64,000 nt of DNA from Octopus vulgaris. Lineage: Eukaryota. Both the position numbers and the translations under genes were made by a program. Position 1 is the first letter of the stretch. Each line of letters begins with the position of its first letter. Below are positions 13,006-28,635 of this stretch, piece after piece. The notes under the pieces were generated by a model. It saw only the letters and a list, made by a program, of their open reading frames with translations. It made no database searches and was not told the origin of the DNA. Where the stretch lies: NCBI GenBank assembly GCA_951406725.2, contig OX597835.1, positions 42,904,001-42,968,000 of the forward strand. Direction: 5' to 3'.

Positions 13006-13272
13006 TTTTTACTTATAATATTATATATTTATCATTCATTTTATACTTTTTGATATCTAGTTATAAGTTAAATATATATATATATATTATTTGTTATTTA
13101 TGTATTGGTCTATGTCTATCACTGTTTGAGTTGCATAATAGTGGTTTTATCTCTAATTTATATTTTATATATTTAAACTGTGAAATTTGATTTAATACTA
13201 AATTGAATTTTTCCCTGTAAGTTTGGAGTTATACTCCCTAATATTATTATTATTATTATTATTATTATTATG

Positions 13273-13406
<134 letters not shown>

Positions 13407-14031
13407 AAACAAAAATTCATATAAAAATCTGAAATGAAAACAAAAAAAAAACTCTCGATGCAACAATACAAACTCACATAAACAAATAAAAAACAGATTC
13501 AAAAACACAAACACAACAAAAGCAAAACAAAGAAACAATCAACAAAACAAACAAAAACACACAAATATAAATATCCACAATATTACGTATTTATTCTGTA
13601 AAACTGATAATATATTTGGATTATTCATCTTCTGGGATCAGGCGAGGGGGGGGGGCAGGGATTCGTACTATGGTAACAGTATTGTTAAATTCCTGGAGGG
13701 AAGAAGGGTAGGGTAGGGTAGGCATCGGGATTCAATTGGACCCAGTGTTCATGTATTTATTGCATTTTTTATTAAGTTTTCTTCGGTTTTTTTTTTTGCA
13801 ATTTTTTTTAGATATTTTTATTTATTTATTCATTTATTGAGTTCTTCAAAGTTCAGTAAAGATAAAATTGCAAAGATCACATGGTTTGTATTTACTACAT
13901 AAGAAACATCTATTTGGTTGGTTGGTTGGTTGGTTGGTTGGTTGGTTGGTTGGTTGGTTAATCGTTCGGTTGGTTGGTTCTACTAGTTTGGGTTCATGTT
14001 CACCAAAAATTTTACAGACCAATTTTAATTG

Positions 14032-15560
<1,529 letters not shown>

Positions 15561-16869
15561 TCCCACACATACCAGGTTTCTTCACATGAAGTATTTTTAT
15601 TCATTATTTTTAAATCGTGATCAATAATACTCTGATGTTCCTATGAAAGATTTCTGGTGCAAAGCGTTTTCTTTTCGTTCTTTTTTTACACCTTCAATTT
15701 CTATAGAATCTCTAAAATTGTTTTTATTGGGAAAGTTTTTTTGTGCTCCTACCAGCGATGGAATCTATCCAAGAACTAATTCTCAAGAAAGAATTTAAAT
15801 TAACACATTATACTGCAGAATCGTCTGTTTATGCCAACTCAATATTTTGGAGAGAATACCACAATCGTGTGACATGTTTAATGTTGGTCTAGTAATTCAC
15901 GGTCTGAGAATATTGGTACCAATATAGGTTTCTGATTCTGGCACAAGGCCAACAGTTTTGAAGGGAGGGTGTTGCATGATACTAATTGATCCCCAGTACG
16001 TAACTGGTACTTTATTTTATCAAGCCTGAATAGATGACAGGCAAATCTACCCTTCGTGGTATTTGAACTCAGAGTGTAAAGACTCTGAAGAAATACTGTA
16101 AACCATTTTGTCTGATACTCTTGTAATTCAGCCAACCCACTGCTCCCATGGGAACCAGTAATGAATATAAATGTATGCTGAATCCTGTTCTTAAATCTAT
16201 TCTTAAAAATCCTTTTGAATATTTTCTTCGCCTTGTAATGATTTTGTTACAGAATAGAAATGAATGAAAGAATGAGATATTAAAGTCTGTTTTCTTTTCC
16301 CCTTATGTTAAGGTGTTTTCACTTCCTTTAAAATGAATGTAAGCAAGGTTAGTATGATTCTTGTTCTTATAAAAGACTTCAAATCTACATCTGATAGTGG
16401 GACCTTTGTTCAGGAGTTTCAAGGTTTTGCGGAGTGTGGAACCACCTCTTTTACCTGCTCTACTGTGACCTCAGAATAGCGGCATCTCTCAGAGTCTTAG
16501 CTGTGGGGTAAAGAAGCATGTAACCAAGCCAGTGTACACTGAAATCACGGGGTGCAGCATGGTGGATGTAGAGGCATGTGACTTAGTGGTTAGGGTGTTA
16601 GGCTCATGATCGTATGATTGTGGTTTTGATTCCTGAGCCGGGTGACGTGTTGTGTTCTTGAACAAAACACTTCATTTCACATTGCTCCAGTCCACTCAGC
16701 CAACGAAAGTGAGTAACCCTGTGAAGGATTGGCATCCCATCCAGGTGGGGAATTTATATGCCATGGAAACCAGGAAACCAACCTTTATGAGTCGACTTGA
16801 CTCGAGGAAACTTTAGCTTACCATAGTGGTTATGGTGAACCATTTTAGCGAATGAATTTATTAAATCAA

Positions 16870-18100
16870 TGGTGAATGCCACGTGATGTTGAGCAGATGA
16901 ACAAAGGACAAACTGTTAATGGTCAAGATCAACCAGTTCAGTTGGAAAACTATTATCATCTGTAGTCATAGCATGCACAGATGAGATATTTCAGCCAGCA
17001 AAAGACCAATGTGACTAAAACCCAAGCCTCGTTCTTCGATTGGGACATTTGGAATGGAAGAATTACACTGGTTTGGCCAAGTTGCTCAACTGGATGATGT
17101 GTTTTGTGATTTTATGCTTCTTTTACAACTGGCTGACTAATGCAATCCCATGTTGTACAATGTCTTACAGGAAGTTAGCATTGGAAAAATAATGGTTCGA
17201 AGACTTGTTGAAAGTTTGGCAGTTCCACCACATCCATATCACATTAGCTCAAGGTAATAAGAAAAGTTTAAACCATGGTAGTCATCGGTTTCTCGTGAAC
17301 TCAGAAACTGTGACATCTTAAGTTTTGTTCATCTTTTGTTGTCAGACAAAACAGGATTCTGGTTTTAAAATACACTGTGACCCATGAGGAAAGAATGGAC
17401 CTACTATGATAACAGAAAAAAATTTGGGGACTGGCTAGACAAGAATGAAGAATCATACATCGATACCATTAATTGCATCACAAAAATATAATTGTTATAA
17501 AGCAATAATAAATCTCTGAATGAGATGTAAACAGGAACCGTTCGACAACGTAAGGTATACTCAGCCATCTCAATATGGCTAACCACAAAGGGTGGGTGTT
17601 ACTGTAGCTTTTAGCCCCAGGAGATCATCGTCTCCAGCTGGCTTTAGACACACTTTGCAAATATCATAAGGGCACAGAAAGTGTGTCTAAAGCCAGCTGG
17701 AGACGATGATCTCCTGGGGCTAAAAGCTACAGTAACACCCACCCTTTGTGGTTAGCCACATTGAGATGGCTAGTATACTTTATAATTGTTATAGTTTGGT
17801 GATTATTTGGAAGAATTTGTTCATTTCTCATTATTGGAACCTGGTGAAACAGTAACTGCCTGGTCACATTGCCAACAGGTTGCAGAAATGCATTAACAAG
17901 CCAGCAAACACTCCATATTGGTTAAGAGGCATGGACTTCTACGACAATTCTAAATCTTACACTTCTCTCTTGACAGAACTAAAATCTCTAAATTGAAGGA
18001 TTTCAATATGAAATTTTGCAATGCTCTTCAAATTTACCTAAAATTTTATCAATTAAACAATCAAAACCCTTTAAAGTATTTTGACATTTAAAAGAGTTTC
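16870..18100 (+). pseudogene. Decayed mariner-type transposase remnant, interrupted by the 17555-17778 foldback
   Basis: Frameshifted TVTHEE/WTYYDN at about 17373-17413 resembles mariner IVTGDEKWxxYDN. Later DNSKSY and YEIL-like segments resemble the HDNARPH and YEILPHP regions. Confidence 0.5.
17555..17778. repeat. ~94-bp inverted repeat with 21-nt loop
   Basis: 17563-17656 vs 17678-17771 with one mismatch. The arm is homologous to about 28485-28590, next to the hammerhead at 28636. Confidence 0.92.
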
Positions 18101-19645
18101 GGGTTTGATACCAGTAATTATTACATACCAGTAATAAATGAATAAATAACAAAGAGGCCATAATTAGTGGCTTTTACTGAATATGTAATTAATAAAGCTA
18201 ATCAATATTAGAGAAATTGTTAATTATTATTATTGTTGGTAAATGTTTATTGTTTCAAATGGATCATATTTTGATTAAAGATTGAGCAACATTAGTTATT
18301 TACATCAGTCTTTAATCTACAGCTCAGAAACATTTCATGTGGATCTACCGTGTACACACACATACAGACACACACACACACATATACACATACACACACA
18401 CACACATATATATACATACGTACATACATACATACATACCTATATATATACACATATATACATATACACACATACATATATATACATATATATATACATA
18501 CATACGTACATACATACATACATACATATATATATACACATATATACATATACACACATACATATATATACATATATATATATACATACATACGTACCTA
18601 CATACATACATACATATATATATACACATATATACATACACACACACGCACATATACATGTATGTATGTATGCATGTCAACCATCCTCCCTATGCATGCA
18701 TGGAAGACGGATGTTAAATGATGACAATGATGATGTATGTATGTGTGTGTGTATATATATAATGTATATTTATAATGTGTACACACACACACACATATAA
18801 TTATTCTATTTTTTGGAGGTGGAAAACTTTACAAATCGTTGTCAGGTAGATGTGACTATTCAGAATCTGCGAAGGTCTTTCAGCTTCGATAAAATAGAAT
18901 TTCACACCTGCCTTTCGTATTCAAGCACTATTTTCTCCACCTTATTTTGCAACTATACTCTTGTTTGTGTGAGTGTGTGTGCGCGTGTGTGTTTGTATAT
19001 GTTTATAATATATTTCAAATTGAATGAAACACACTAATACAACGAGTACGTGTATGACAGGATAGAAAAATAATATCCCTCAGCATTCATTTTGTACTCT
19101 CTCTTTCTCATAAAAGTACTCTCTGTACTCTCATAATTCACTGGAGTAAAAAAATATAAGCATTGAATAGCAGTAATAACTTAAGTTACCCAAGAATGAA
19201 TATTTTATTATGTATATACAAACACACACACATATATACATACAGAGGCATACACATATAAACATATATATACACACACACATACATACACAATGATTAG
19301 CAGAAATTCAAACAGAATTCTTGGTGCTGTAATGTATATCTGAGTAAATGAATAAGAATGATTTTTCTGATTACTTTTATCCATTTCAATGATTAAATGT
19401 TTACAAATTGTATCCTAATCAATCAAGTGTAAAAAAGTAATTATCAGAAAATGTCATTTTTATTCATTTTATCAAACATATAAATGTGTGTTGTGTGTAT
19501 TTGCAAGTATGTTTATCTTTACACACATACATTTACATATATATAACATATTTTAATGGTGATCATACAAACTACTACACATGGCTCTGAGTTTCATACC
19601 AGATCAATAGGGTTACATTCATCAGATGTGTAAGATACAGATTTA

Positions 19646-20010
19646 GGAGGCACAATGGCCCAGTGGTTAGGGCAACGGACTCGCGGTCATAGGATCGTGT
19701 GTTGTGAGTGTTTATAGAGCGAAAACACCTAAAGCTCCATGAGGTTCCGGCAGGGGATGGTGGTGATCCCTGCTGTACTCTTTCACCACAACTTTCTCTC
19801 ACTCTTACTTCCTGTTTCTGTTGTACCTGTATTTTCAAAGGGCCGGCCTTGTCACTCTCTGTGTCACGCTGAATATCCCCGAGAACTACGTTAAGGGTAC
19901 ACGTGTCTGTGGAGTGCTCAGCCACTTACACGTTAATTTCACGAGCAGGCTGTTCCGTTGATTTGGATCAACCGGAACCTTCGTCGTCGTAACCGACGGA
20001 GTGCTTCCAC
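19646..20010 (+). mobile_element. tRNA-derived SINE, family B, with 14-bp target-site duplication
   Basis: Head ggaggcacaatggcccagtggttagggc. TSD aagatacagattta at 19632-19645 and 20011-20024. Another copy at about 11275-11652. Confidence 0.88.
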
Positions 20011-20504
20011 AAGATACAGATTTAGGTTGAATACAGCAAAAGTAGCCATTGGAAAAGTTCTTTTTGATTTAGCGCCTCAACCAAACATGTTGCATGCTCC
20101 TGCAATTTGTATAATACATAACAAGGGGCCTCTCCATCAGCTTGTACTATACAGCTACTCTGCACAAGGTAGAGCATTCACCATGGTCAAAAAATAATAT
20201 CAAAATTAATATGAGCTCAATATTTATATGACTTGGACCATTGGATAAAGAACATACCAATATTATTCAAAATACAAAATGACTGATGCAGGAAAGAAAT
20301 GAAGAACTTCTGCAGTAGCCATTTTGCTCTGCTCAACCTAAATCCATGATTTAAACATCTGATGAGTGTAAGGTATTGAATCTCACATGAAACTTTTATG
20401 ATTTATTGTTATTATGATCATCATTAAACTACTTATACAGACTATTTTTGCAGAGCTGATTGCTCTTACTTTTTTTTTACTAAGAACAACAACCAATTGC
20501 ACAG

Positions 20505-20537
<33 letters not shown>

Positions 20538-21392
20538 CACTCGTATATATCACACACACATGCATACATGCATGCATGCACGTGCACACACATACACACA
20601 TGTACAGAAAGATAGTGAGAGAAAAAGGGAGAGAATAATCTCAGCACTTTAGTAAATAACCCATATGTATGTATTTGTGTGTGTGTGTGTGTATGTCTAT
20701 ACACATGTATATATTATATTGCATGTAAGTATGTATGTGTGTAAGTATGTATGTATGCATTTATGTATGTACTGATGCATGTATGTATGCATAATTTTCA
20801 CAACATTTCAGTAAAAATTAGAACACTCACCAAGTTGCAAGAATGAGGTTCTTTTAAAATCAATTTCAAAGAATTATACAAAGATATAGAATTGATCTAT
20901 AAAATATATTGATCAAAAAGAAAAGAATTCAATCAAATTATTTCATGATTTCTTCACCGTTTCCACAGTTGATTTGTTTAAATTTTTAAAATGACCGCAG
21001 TCAAAGACATCGTTAAATTTGAAATTAAGGAATAAGAATACCTGTCCAGATCAAGGTGTCGGGTGTTATTAAGTTCCTTAAAGATTTTGATTACAGCTTC
21101 TGTCCCACTAAAAAGGATTTTTAAAGGTGATAAGATACAGCACCAAAACGTTTGTGGCATTTGTTCCAGGGAGAAGGACATAGTAGCTGAAAATGACCCC
21201 AGAATATAACGGGTGCTTTATTGTAGCTTCACAGAAGGATGAACACCCCATCCACCTTGACCGAATGGGTCTTGTAGTCAGAACTTAAAAGTGACGTCAC
21301 TATACTCTACTGGGTTTCTAATCTAGTTCTCTACTATTACGGAAAAATCTGGAATCCAAGTTAAAAGGTGATGGTTTGCGTTCTTAAACATT

Positions 21393-22066
21393 ACACTGTG
21401 TAACAAAATTGTTATTTTTCTTTTGTCTTTGGTCTGTAAGAGTTATTTCCAATTCGCTTCTATGTAGAAATCAAAGGAAATCACAACTGTTCCCTTCAAC
21501 CTTTGCTTTTGTGACCTGGACATCAATGTTTTGACCTATTTTCCATTACATTTCACACAGATTCAGCACTGAATTGCTGAAGCAGAAATATCGTTATAGC
21601 AGATATTCTGCTCAATGGCACAGATTTGCTTGTTGTCTTTGGTCAGTAAGTGTTGTTTCCTATTTGTTTCTGTCTAAAAATCAATGGAAATGGCTACAAT
21701 TCCTTTCAAACTTTGCTTTTCTGACTTGGACATTAATGTTTTGATATTGACCTATTTTCATTACATTTCAAACAGATTCAGTGCTGAGCTGTTGAAGCAG
21801 AAATATTGTTATAGCAAATATTCTGCTTAATACCACAGATTTGCTTGACCTTAACCACTTGAACATGTCCCTTAGTGGCTGACAATATATGCAAGCATAG
21901 TGGGAGAGCATCATAGCCATGTGTTGAGAGGAATTCTTAGGGGTCAGAATAAATGTAACAAAAGTAAAGTTCAAAGGAAATAATTGCTGTTTTTCATACT
22001 TTCAAAGGGTAAACAAATAGGAAATGACACTTGCCACCCAAGGACAAAAATCGTGTTACACAGTGT
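21393..22066. mobile_element. Non-autonomous DNA transposon with TIRs and an internal ~210-bp duplication
   Basis: acactgtgtaaca ... tgttacacagtgt termini with further subterminal inverted similarity. About 21420-21632 is repeated at 21633-21846. Confidence 0.65.
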
Positions 22067-22561
22067 TATCAATAGAAGAGTTTTTAGGTGAGTCCAATTG
22101 CCATAAGATGTGTACAATCAAATATAGTGGTTCTTAAACTTCTTAAATCTGTGGCTTACCAGGGTTAACATAGAATTTTGAAAAATTACTGGTGCACATA
22201 ACAGGGTAAGTTAAAGAAAAACTATTCTAACCGTTTTGATGCCAACCTGCTTGAGATTATTCTTGGTTTTATGATGCAAACTTCTTGTTTTAAAGTGGTC
22301 TAAATTAAATTAAAACCTATCAAAATTTTAAATAAATTTAAATTCAAAATATCAGCTTAATACTGGTTTCAAATTCTGGCACAAGGCCAGAAAGTTCAAG
22401 GGGAGGTTTTAAGTCAATCGCATTAACTGGTTCAACTGTACTTATTCTATCGATCCCAAAAGGATGAAAGGAAAAGTCAACCTTTGCTTAGCAACATTTT
22501 GTCCAGCATGGGAACAATTCTACCAGATGACCACCCTAAGTAATAAAAAAAAAAAAAAATG

Positions 22562-22596
<35 letters not shown>

Positions 22597-22811
22597 CTTT
22601 TCTACTGGAGGTTCAAGGCCTCAAATTTGGTGGGAGGAGATTAGTCAATTGCATTGACCCCAGTGTATCACTGGTACTTAATTTATTAAACCTGAAAGGA
22701 TGAAAGGTAAAGTCGACCTCAGCAGAATTTGAACTCAGAACGTAGCAACAGATGAAATACCGCTTAGTATTTCACCCAGTGTGCTAACAATTCTACCAGC
22801 TCACGATCTTG

Positions 22812-22864
<53 letters not shown>

Positions 22865-23241
22865 CTTTTCTACTGGAGGTACAAGGCCTCAAATTTGAGC
22901 AGGGGAAACTAGTTGATTACATCGACTCCAGTGTATCACTGGTACTTAATTTATTGACCCTGAAAAGGTGAAAGGCAAAGCTGCCCTCAGTGGAATTTGA
23001 ATTCAGAATATATAGACAGCTGAAATGTCACCAAGCATTTTGCTCTGGATGCTAACGATAATTCTTTAACTAAATTCATTAATTTCAAAACTAATTGAAA
23101 CAAAGTCAGTGCATTTCATTAAAAATATGGTAACAAAAGTGTTAAAGTAATCTAAATTAAAAGCTTCCATCAAAATATGTTATAAACACCAGCTTAATGT
23201 CGATAATTATTTTACTAAATTCTTCCTTATTTTCAAAATTA

Positions 23242-23420
23242 CCGTATTTTAATGTGTATAAGGAACCCTTTTTTGTCAAAAATTAGGTTTAAAAAATATG
23301 GGAGATTCTTATTCATGGATAGTATTATAATCCCTTACAAAACCTTTTTTCCAAATTTCAAACCCCAAAACTTTAGGGGTTGCTTATAAACGAGGGTTCC
23401 TTATACACATTAAATTACGG
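23242..23420. mobile_element. Tc1/mariner-superfamily (Tc2/pogo-like) MITE
   Basis: TA|CCGTATTTTAATGTGTATAAGGAACCC ... GGGTTCCTTATACACATTAAATTACGG|TA: 27-bp TIR with one mismatch and TA duplication. Confidence 0.85.
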
Positions 23421-24038
23421 TAAATTGAAACAACGGCAGTGTATTTCAGCAGAAATATGGTAACAAAAAGGAAAAACTCTTTTGATATGAACCTGTATGA
23501 ATCTGCCTCTCTCCAAAAATAGAAAGTGTAACTCTTTAGCATTTAGATTGCTCTACTAAATGTAGAACTTATTTATTGTTTTAAATTAATGACATATTAT
23601 CATTTTGCTTCAAAATTTCAACGACGTAGCTGTTATACTTTTAGAATAACGTTTGTTTGATAATTGTAAGAGTCTGGATCTGTTTTGGGTTTCCTGGTTT
23701 AAATGCTAAACAGTTAAAGGGATCCAAATTAAAAGCTTTCATCAAAATTCCTTGATGATTTATGTTCCAAACACCAGCTTCATAATGACAAGGTTATTTT
23801 ACTAAATAATTTGTTTGGTTTTTTTTTCAAACTTAATTGAAACAAAAGCAGTACATTTAGACTGAAATTCCGTAACAAAAGGGTCAAAGGTAAAAATTCA
23901 GGTGAAGCTGTAGGAAACTGTTGCTTACGCTGTTATACAATTAATTGGACACTGCCGGGTGATTAAGAAATTCATTTTGCGAGAGATAGCTTCAGGTTCA
24001 ATCCCACTGCACAGCACTTTGAGTAAGTGTGAAAACTC

Positions 24039-24223
<185 letters not shown>

Positions 24224-24491
24224 TTTTATGATGTTGAGCAGTATATTCATGGTTATGGTACATAAGTGGCCAGAATGTTAATAATAGTTTCTCATCAGCT
24301 ATTACTCTTGGGACCTTAGGACAACTAACCAATAATAAACATATATACATACATAAATATAAAAATATATACATATATACATACATACATGCACACACAC
24401 ACATATATGTGCATATGTACATATATATGCTTGTATGTATATATATATAATGTACATATATGTATGTATGTATATCTACATATGCATCATG

Positions 24492-24527
<36 letters not shown>

Positions 24528-25908
24528 TGTATGTATGTATGTATGTATGTATGTATGCATGCATGCATGCATGTATGTATGTGTGTGTGTATGCATGCAT
24601 GCATGTATGTATGTGTGTGTGTAGGTAGGTAGGTAGGTAGGTAGGTATGTGTGTATGCTTATTTATGTCTTTGTGATTGTGTTAGTGTCCCATCACTGCT
24701 TGACAACCTGTATTAGTTTGTTTACATCCCTCACAAGGTAGTGGTTCAGCAAAAACAAAAAAAAATCTAATGGAAGAAGGTACAAGACTTAACAAAAACA
24801 AAGAACATAAAGTACTGAAGTTGATTTATTTGACTAACCCTACAAGGCAGTGCTCGAGCATGGCTGCACTGCAATGACTGAAACCAGTAAAAGATTAAAA
24901 GAATATAAACTGTAAGGTACTCAAAGATTTGCATAGATTTTCTTAATCCTTATATTATATTCTAAAATATCCACAGTACCCCCAAGATACCCCTTTACTG
25001 TGCTGTACTCTCTGGAAACCACTAGATTAAAAAGTTTCAGGCTTTGGTCATTGACTACGAGTGAGGAAATGGTCAAAAATGGTACTGCCACTGGGAAGGT
25101 AGGAAATTTCCTGTGGTGTACATAATAGCACCACAAATTCTTCCTCTTTCTGTCTTTCCTTTGTTTCAGGCGTCGGTAAACCTAAAACATTAGCATCTTT
25201 GTTCTACATGGCAAATGAATATCTTAAACTCTTCTAAGAAAGAACGGTACCAGTTAATCTAGTACTCCACTGCTGGTAAAATATTAGCAGGAATTAATCT
25301 TGACATAAAAATGAAATTCTTGACTACTTTTTAACATACAAGAAGAGGAGAAAAAGAAACAATTTTTTTCATTTTTAAATCTCAAAAAAAAGTTTGAAAA
25401 AATTTATAAATTTTTTGCATTTTTTTTATTATTATAATTTTGGGGGTTTTTTTTGTGATTTTTAAATATTGACAAAAACAAAGAAGATATAGAAGATATT
25501 TCAAAATTTGATGACTTTGGAATTATAAAGTTCTCTGGAGTATTTCACAGCAGTTACTTCAGGGATCAGGTAAAAATCTTTCATTTACCATTTCTGTAGA
25601 ATATTCACAGAACACTTGATCATTGACAAACCAAAGACAAACACACAAACACAAAGAAGTAACATACAAAACAAAAAAACAACTTTATCGATACATATTT
25701 TTCATTCTTCAATTTAATAACAAATATTTGCTCTTTTTTTTCTCTACACAAACCGCTTTTTGATAATCAATTTTGTGCTTTGTAAACCATGGTAATTTTG
25801 TGTATGTGTTTATGTGAGTGTGTGCTTAGGGAGTAAGGGTAAGGGCTAGTTATGCATGTGAATATATGTATGTGTGTGTGTGTGTGTATATATATACATA
25901 TACATACA

Positions 25909-25941
<33 letters not shown>

Positions 25942-26199
25942 GTATGTGTGTGCGTGTGAGTGGACAAACAAAAGAAACATTTCCATCACAAGCCCCTAAC
26001 AGGAGCCTGATCCCTTCAGGAGAAGCCTGGAGGAGTTGGGCTCACGTTATGGGCCTGAGAAACTTGAAGTGACATGGAACTGAATCAAACTGTTTTAAAT
26101 AACAAACACACACACACATATATATATATACATACACACATATATAATATATACATATGTATGTATACATATGTATAATATATACATATGTATACAAAC

Positions 26200-26291
<92 letters not shown>

Positions 26292-26795
26292 TGGTTAACG
26301 TCCGCTTTCCATGCTAGCATGGGTTGACGATTTTGACTGAGGGCTGGCGAACCGTCCAACCCATGCTAGCATGGAAAGCAGACGTTAAACAATGATGATG
26401 ATGATGAGATATATATATATATGTATGTATGTATATCTATGTATGTATGTGATCATTTAGGGGCAATAGAGTGTCATTCTGTAAGTAAATGTGTGGACAT
26501 ATATGCATGTTTGTGTGTGTGTGTGTGTAGGGTGTGTATGAGTGTGTGTCAAGAGTGGAGGACAGGGGTCATTTCACAGTTGAATGTTTGGGTGCATGTG
26601 TGTTTAGAGCGGGGGGTGGGTGGCATTTTGTTTGAGTATGTACAGGATAGAGTAAGAATGAGTATGTGTTTGTGCGTGTATACACGTATATGGATATGTG
26701 TATATGTGTGTACATGTGTCTATGTGCATGTTTGTATAGTGTGTGCATACGTGTCTTTATGTAAGTGTATGTGTGTGTATGTATGTGTATATATA

Positions 26796-26865
<70 letters not shown>

Positions 26866-26979
26866 CACACATACATACATATATGCTTTCGGTGCAAATG
26901 CTTTTATATATATATATATATATTCACATACATATATATATATACACATACATATATATATATATATACATATATATAA

Positions 26980-27036
<57 letters not shown>

Positions 27037-27708
27037 TCTATATATGTATGTATGTAAGTATGGCTATGTATCAATAGATCAATAGTGTGTGTATGTGCAT
27101 GTGTTTATGTACTTGTGTGTTAATATCAGTGTCTGTTTTTGTGCATATATGAAAGTATGTGTATGTGTGCATGTGAGTATGTGTATATATATATATCTAG
27201 ATCTATATATACATATATATATACTCATATATATATATCTATATATATATATCTGTGTTTGTGTTTGTGTGTGGTTATTGATATTTGGAGAAAAAGATGA
27301 GAAATAGATTTTCGTTTTTTTTTTTTTTTGCTTTTAAATATATATTTTTTTTTCCATGTTCAACATTTTGTTAATAAAACTAAATTAAGTTCAAGATATT
27401 TGCATGGTTGATTCACAAAGGAAACATCTCAACCAACTGAATAAATAATTTCGGAAGCTCATTAAGGAACTTCTCAACCAAATCAATAAATATTTAATCT
27501 TATAAAACAGAAAAAAAATAAATAAATAAATAAAATAGAACAAAACCGAAATTTGATCCAAAATTATTTCACCCCAAAAATAGAAGGAATTTCGGTTGTA
27601 AATTTCTAGTGATGATGAAACAATGCTACGTTGCTCTGAGATGGGAAGAAAAAATATACAACTGCTCCAGTCTGGACTGGACACAGCAACAATAAGATTT
27701 AAACAAAA

Positions 27709-27746
<38 letters not shown>

Positions 27747-27788
27747 TGAAAGAAAGAAAATATCCCAAATAAAAATTCTCCTAAAAGT

Positions 27789-27959
27789 TTATTTTCTTAA
27801 ATTGTGCCACATGGCGACTGGTTTACGGAGAGATGTCATCATTTGGTTCCAGTGAGATAATTCCGTTCCGGAAGTGCTGTTGCCGACAATCACGTGGCCC
27901 AAAGATGGTGTTCGGTTGTCTGACATTACTTCAGCCACTGTGATACGAAGTTGGACAGT
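27789..27959 (-). CDS. SYT12: Synaptotagmin-12-like, last coding exon 8 (C2B end, WHxL motif, stop)
   Basis: Acceptor poly-T-cag, TVQLRITVAEVMSDNRTPSLGHVIVGNSTSGTELSHWNQMMTSLRKPVAMWHNLRK*, 171 nt with TAA. Absent from the ORF track. Confidence 0.96.
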   Translation of the reverse strand, partial: TVQLRITVAEVMSDNRTPSLGHVIVGNSTSGTELSHWNQMMTSLRKPVAMWHNLRK

Positions 27960-28138
27960 CTGAAAAAAAAAAAAGGAAGAAGAATATTGGAAGTAAGTTC
28001 CTTGGACTGGAAACGGTCAGGAAAGATTACAAAATGTGTTTGAATGTAGCTGTGTGTGTGTGGATCTGTGGCTCTGTGTGTAAATATGTGTATTTATAAA
28101 TGTGTATCCCAACATGCTTGCTGCAAGTGTGGAGTTAA

Positions 28139-28450
28139 CCCCTTACCCAACAATTATTTTGAAAATAAATGTATTTTTTCAGACATATTTTTTATTAGTT
28201 TCAGTCAATACATGCTCTATAACTCTTTCATCTATATACAAAGAAAAAAAATCAAAAGGACTCATTGTCACTGCCAGACGTATAAAGTGAGCGAATATAT
28301 TTGTATATGTCAAAAAAGAGTTTATAATAGACGAAGGAACTCGTTTGCTGTCGATTTTGGCGAGTCTATCTTTTGACGAGTTAACTCGCCAGAGATAGAA
28401 AAAAACGATTTTGGTCAAAACGCATATATTCGTTTCTGCCGGGTAAGGGG
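28139..28450. mobile_element. piggyBac-like MITE
   Basis: TTAA|CCCCTTACCC ... GGGTAAGGGG|TTAA: 10-bp TIRs starting CCC, flanked by TTAA duplication. Confidence 0.8.
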
Positions 28451-28635
28451 TTAATTGAACAGCTATTCTGATATACGTATATTTGCCATTTGAATATGGC
28501 TAACCCCTAAGGGTGGATGCTACTGTAGTTTGTAGCCCCAGGAGGACACCTCCTCCAGCTGGCTTTAGACACACTTTCTGTGCCCTATCAGTATTTGCAA
28601 AGGGAAGCCATCCTTCCCATCTTCAACTTATGATA

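Larger units (their letters stand above)
11660..13240 (+). mobile_element. Extremely AT-rich decayed element, probably Penelope-like, interrupted by a SINE
   Basis: Contains a degenerate hammerhead at 12943-13005. Its 3' terminus is shared with the element ending at 4192. No intact ORF. Confidence 0.4.

Noticed and set aside
11660-13240. Possible NUMT (mitochondrial insertion)
   Set aside because: No recognisable 12S/16S conserved motifs, tRNA or mitochondrial ORF. The hammerhead relic and shared repeat terminus favour a retroelement.
19646-19720. tRNA genes at SINE heads
   Set aside because: The tRNA-like heads run into SINE bodies with TSDs and do not form complete cloverleaves.
20359-20400. 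CTGATGA...cacatGAAA hammerhead-like spacing
   Set aside because: Weak stem II and no convincing stem III or stem I.
24278-24303. Minus-strand CTGATGAGAAA as a hammerhead core
   Set aside because: No stem II between the boxes and no UH site with a matching stem I.
27787-27792. AATAAA overlapping the SYT12 stop codon as a poly(A) signal
   Set aside because: Cannot be told from chance in AT-rich sequence. The 3' end of the transcript cannot be determined here.
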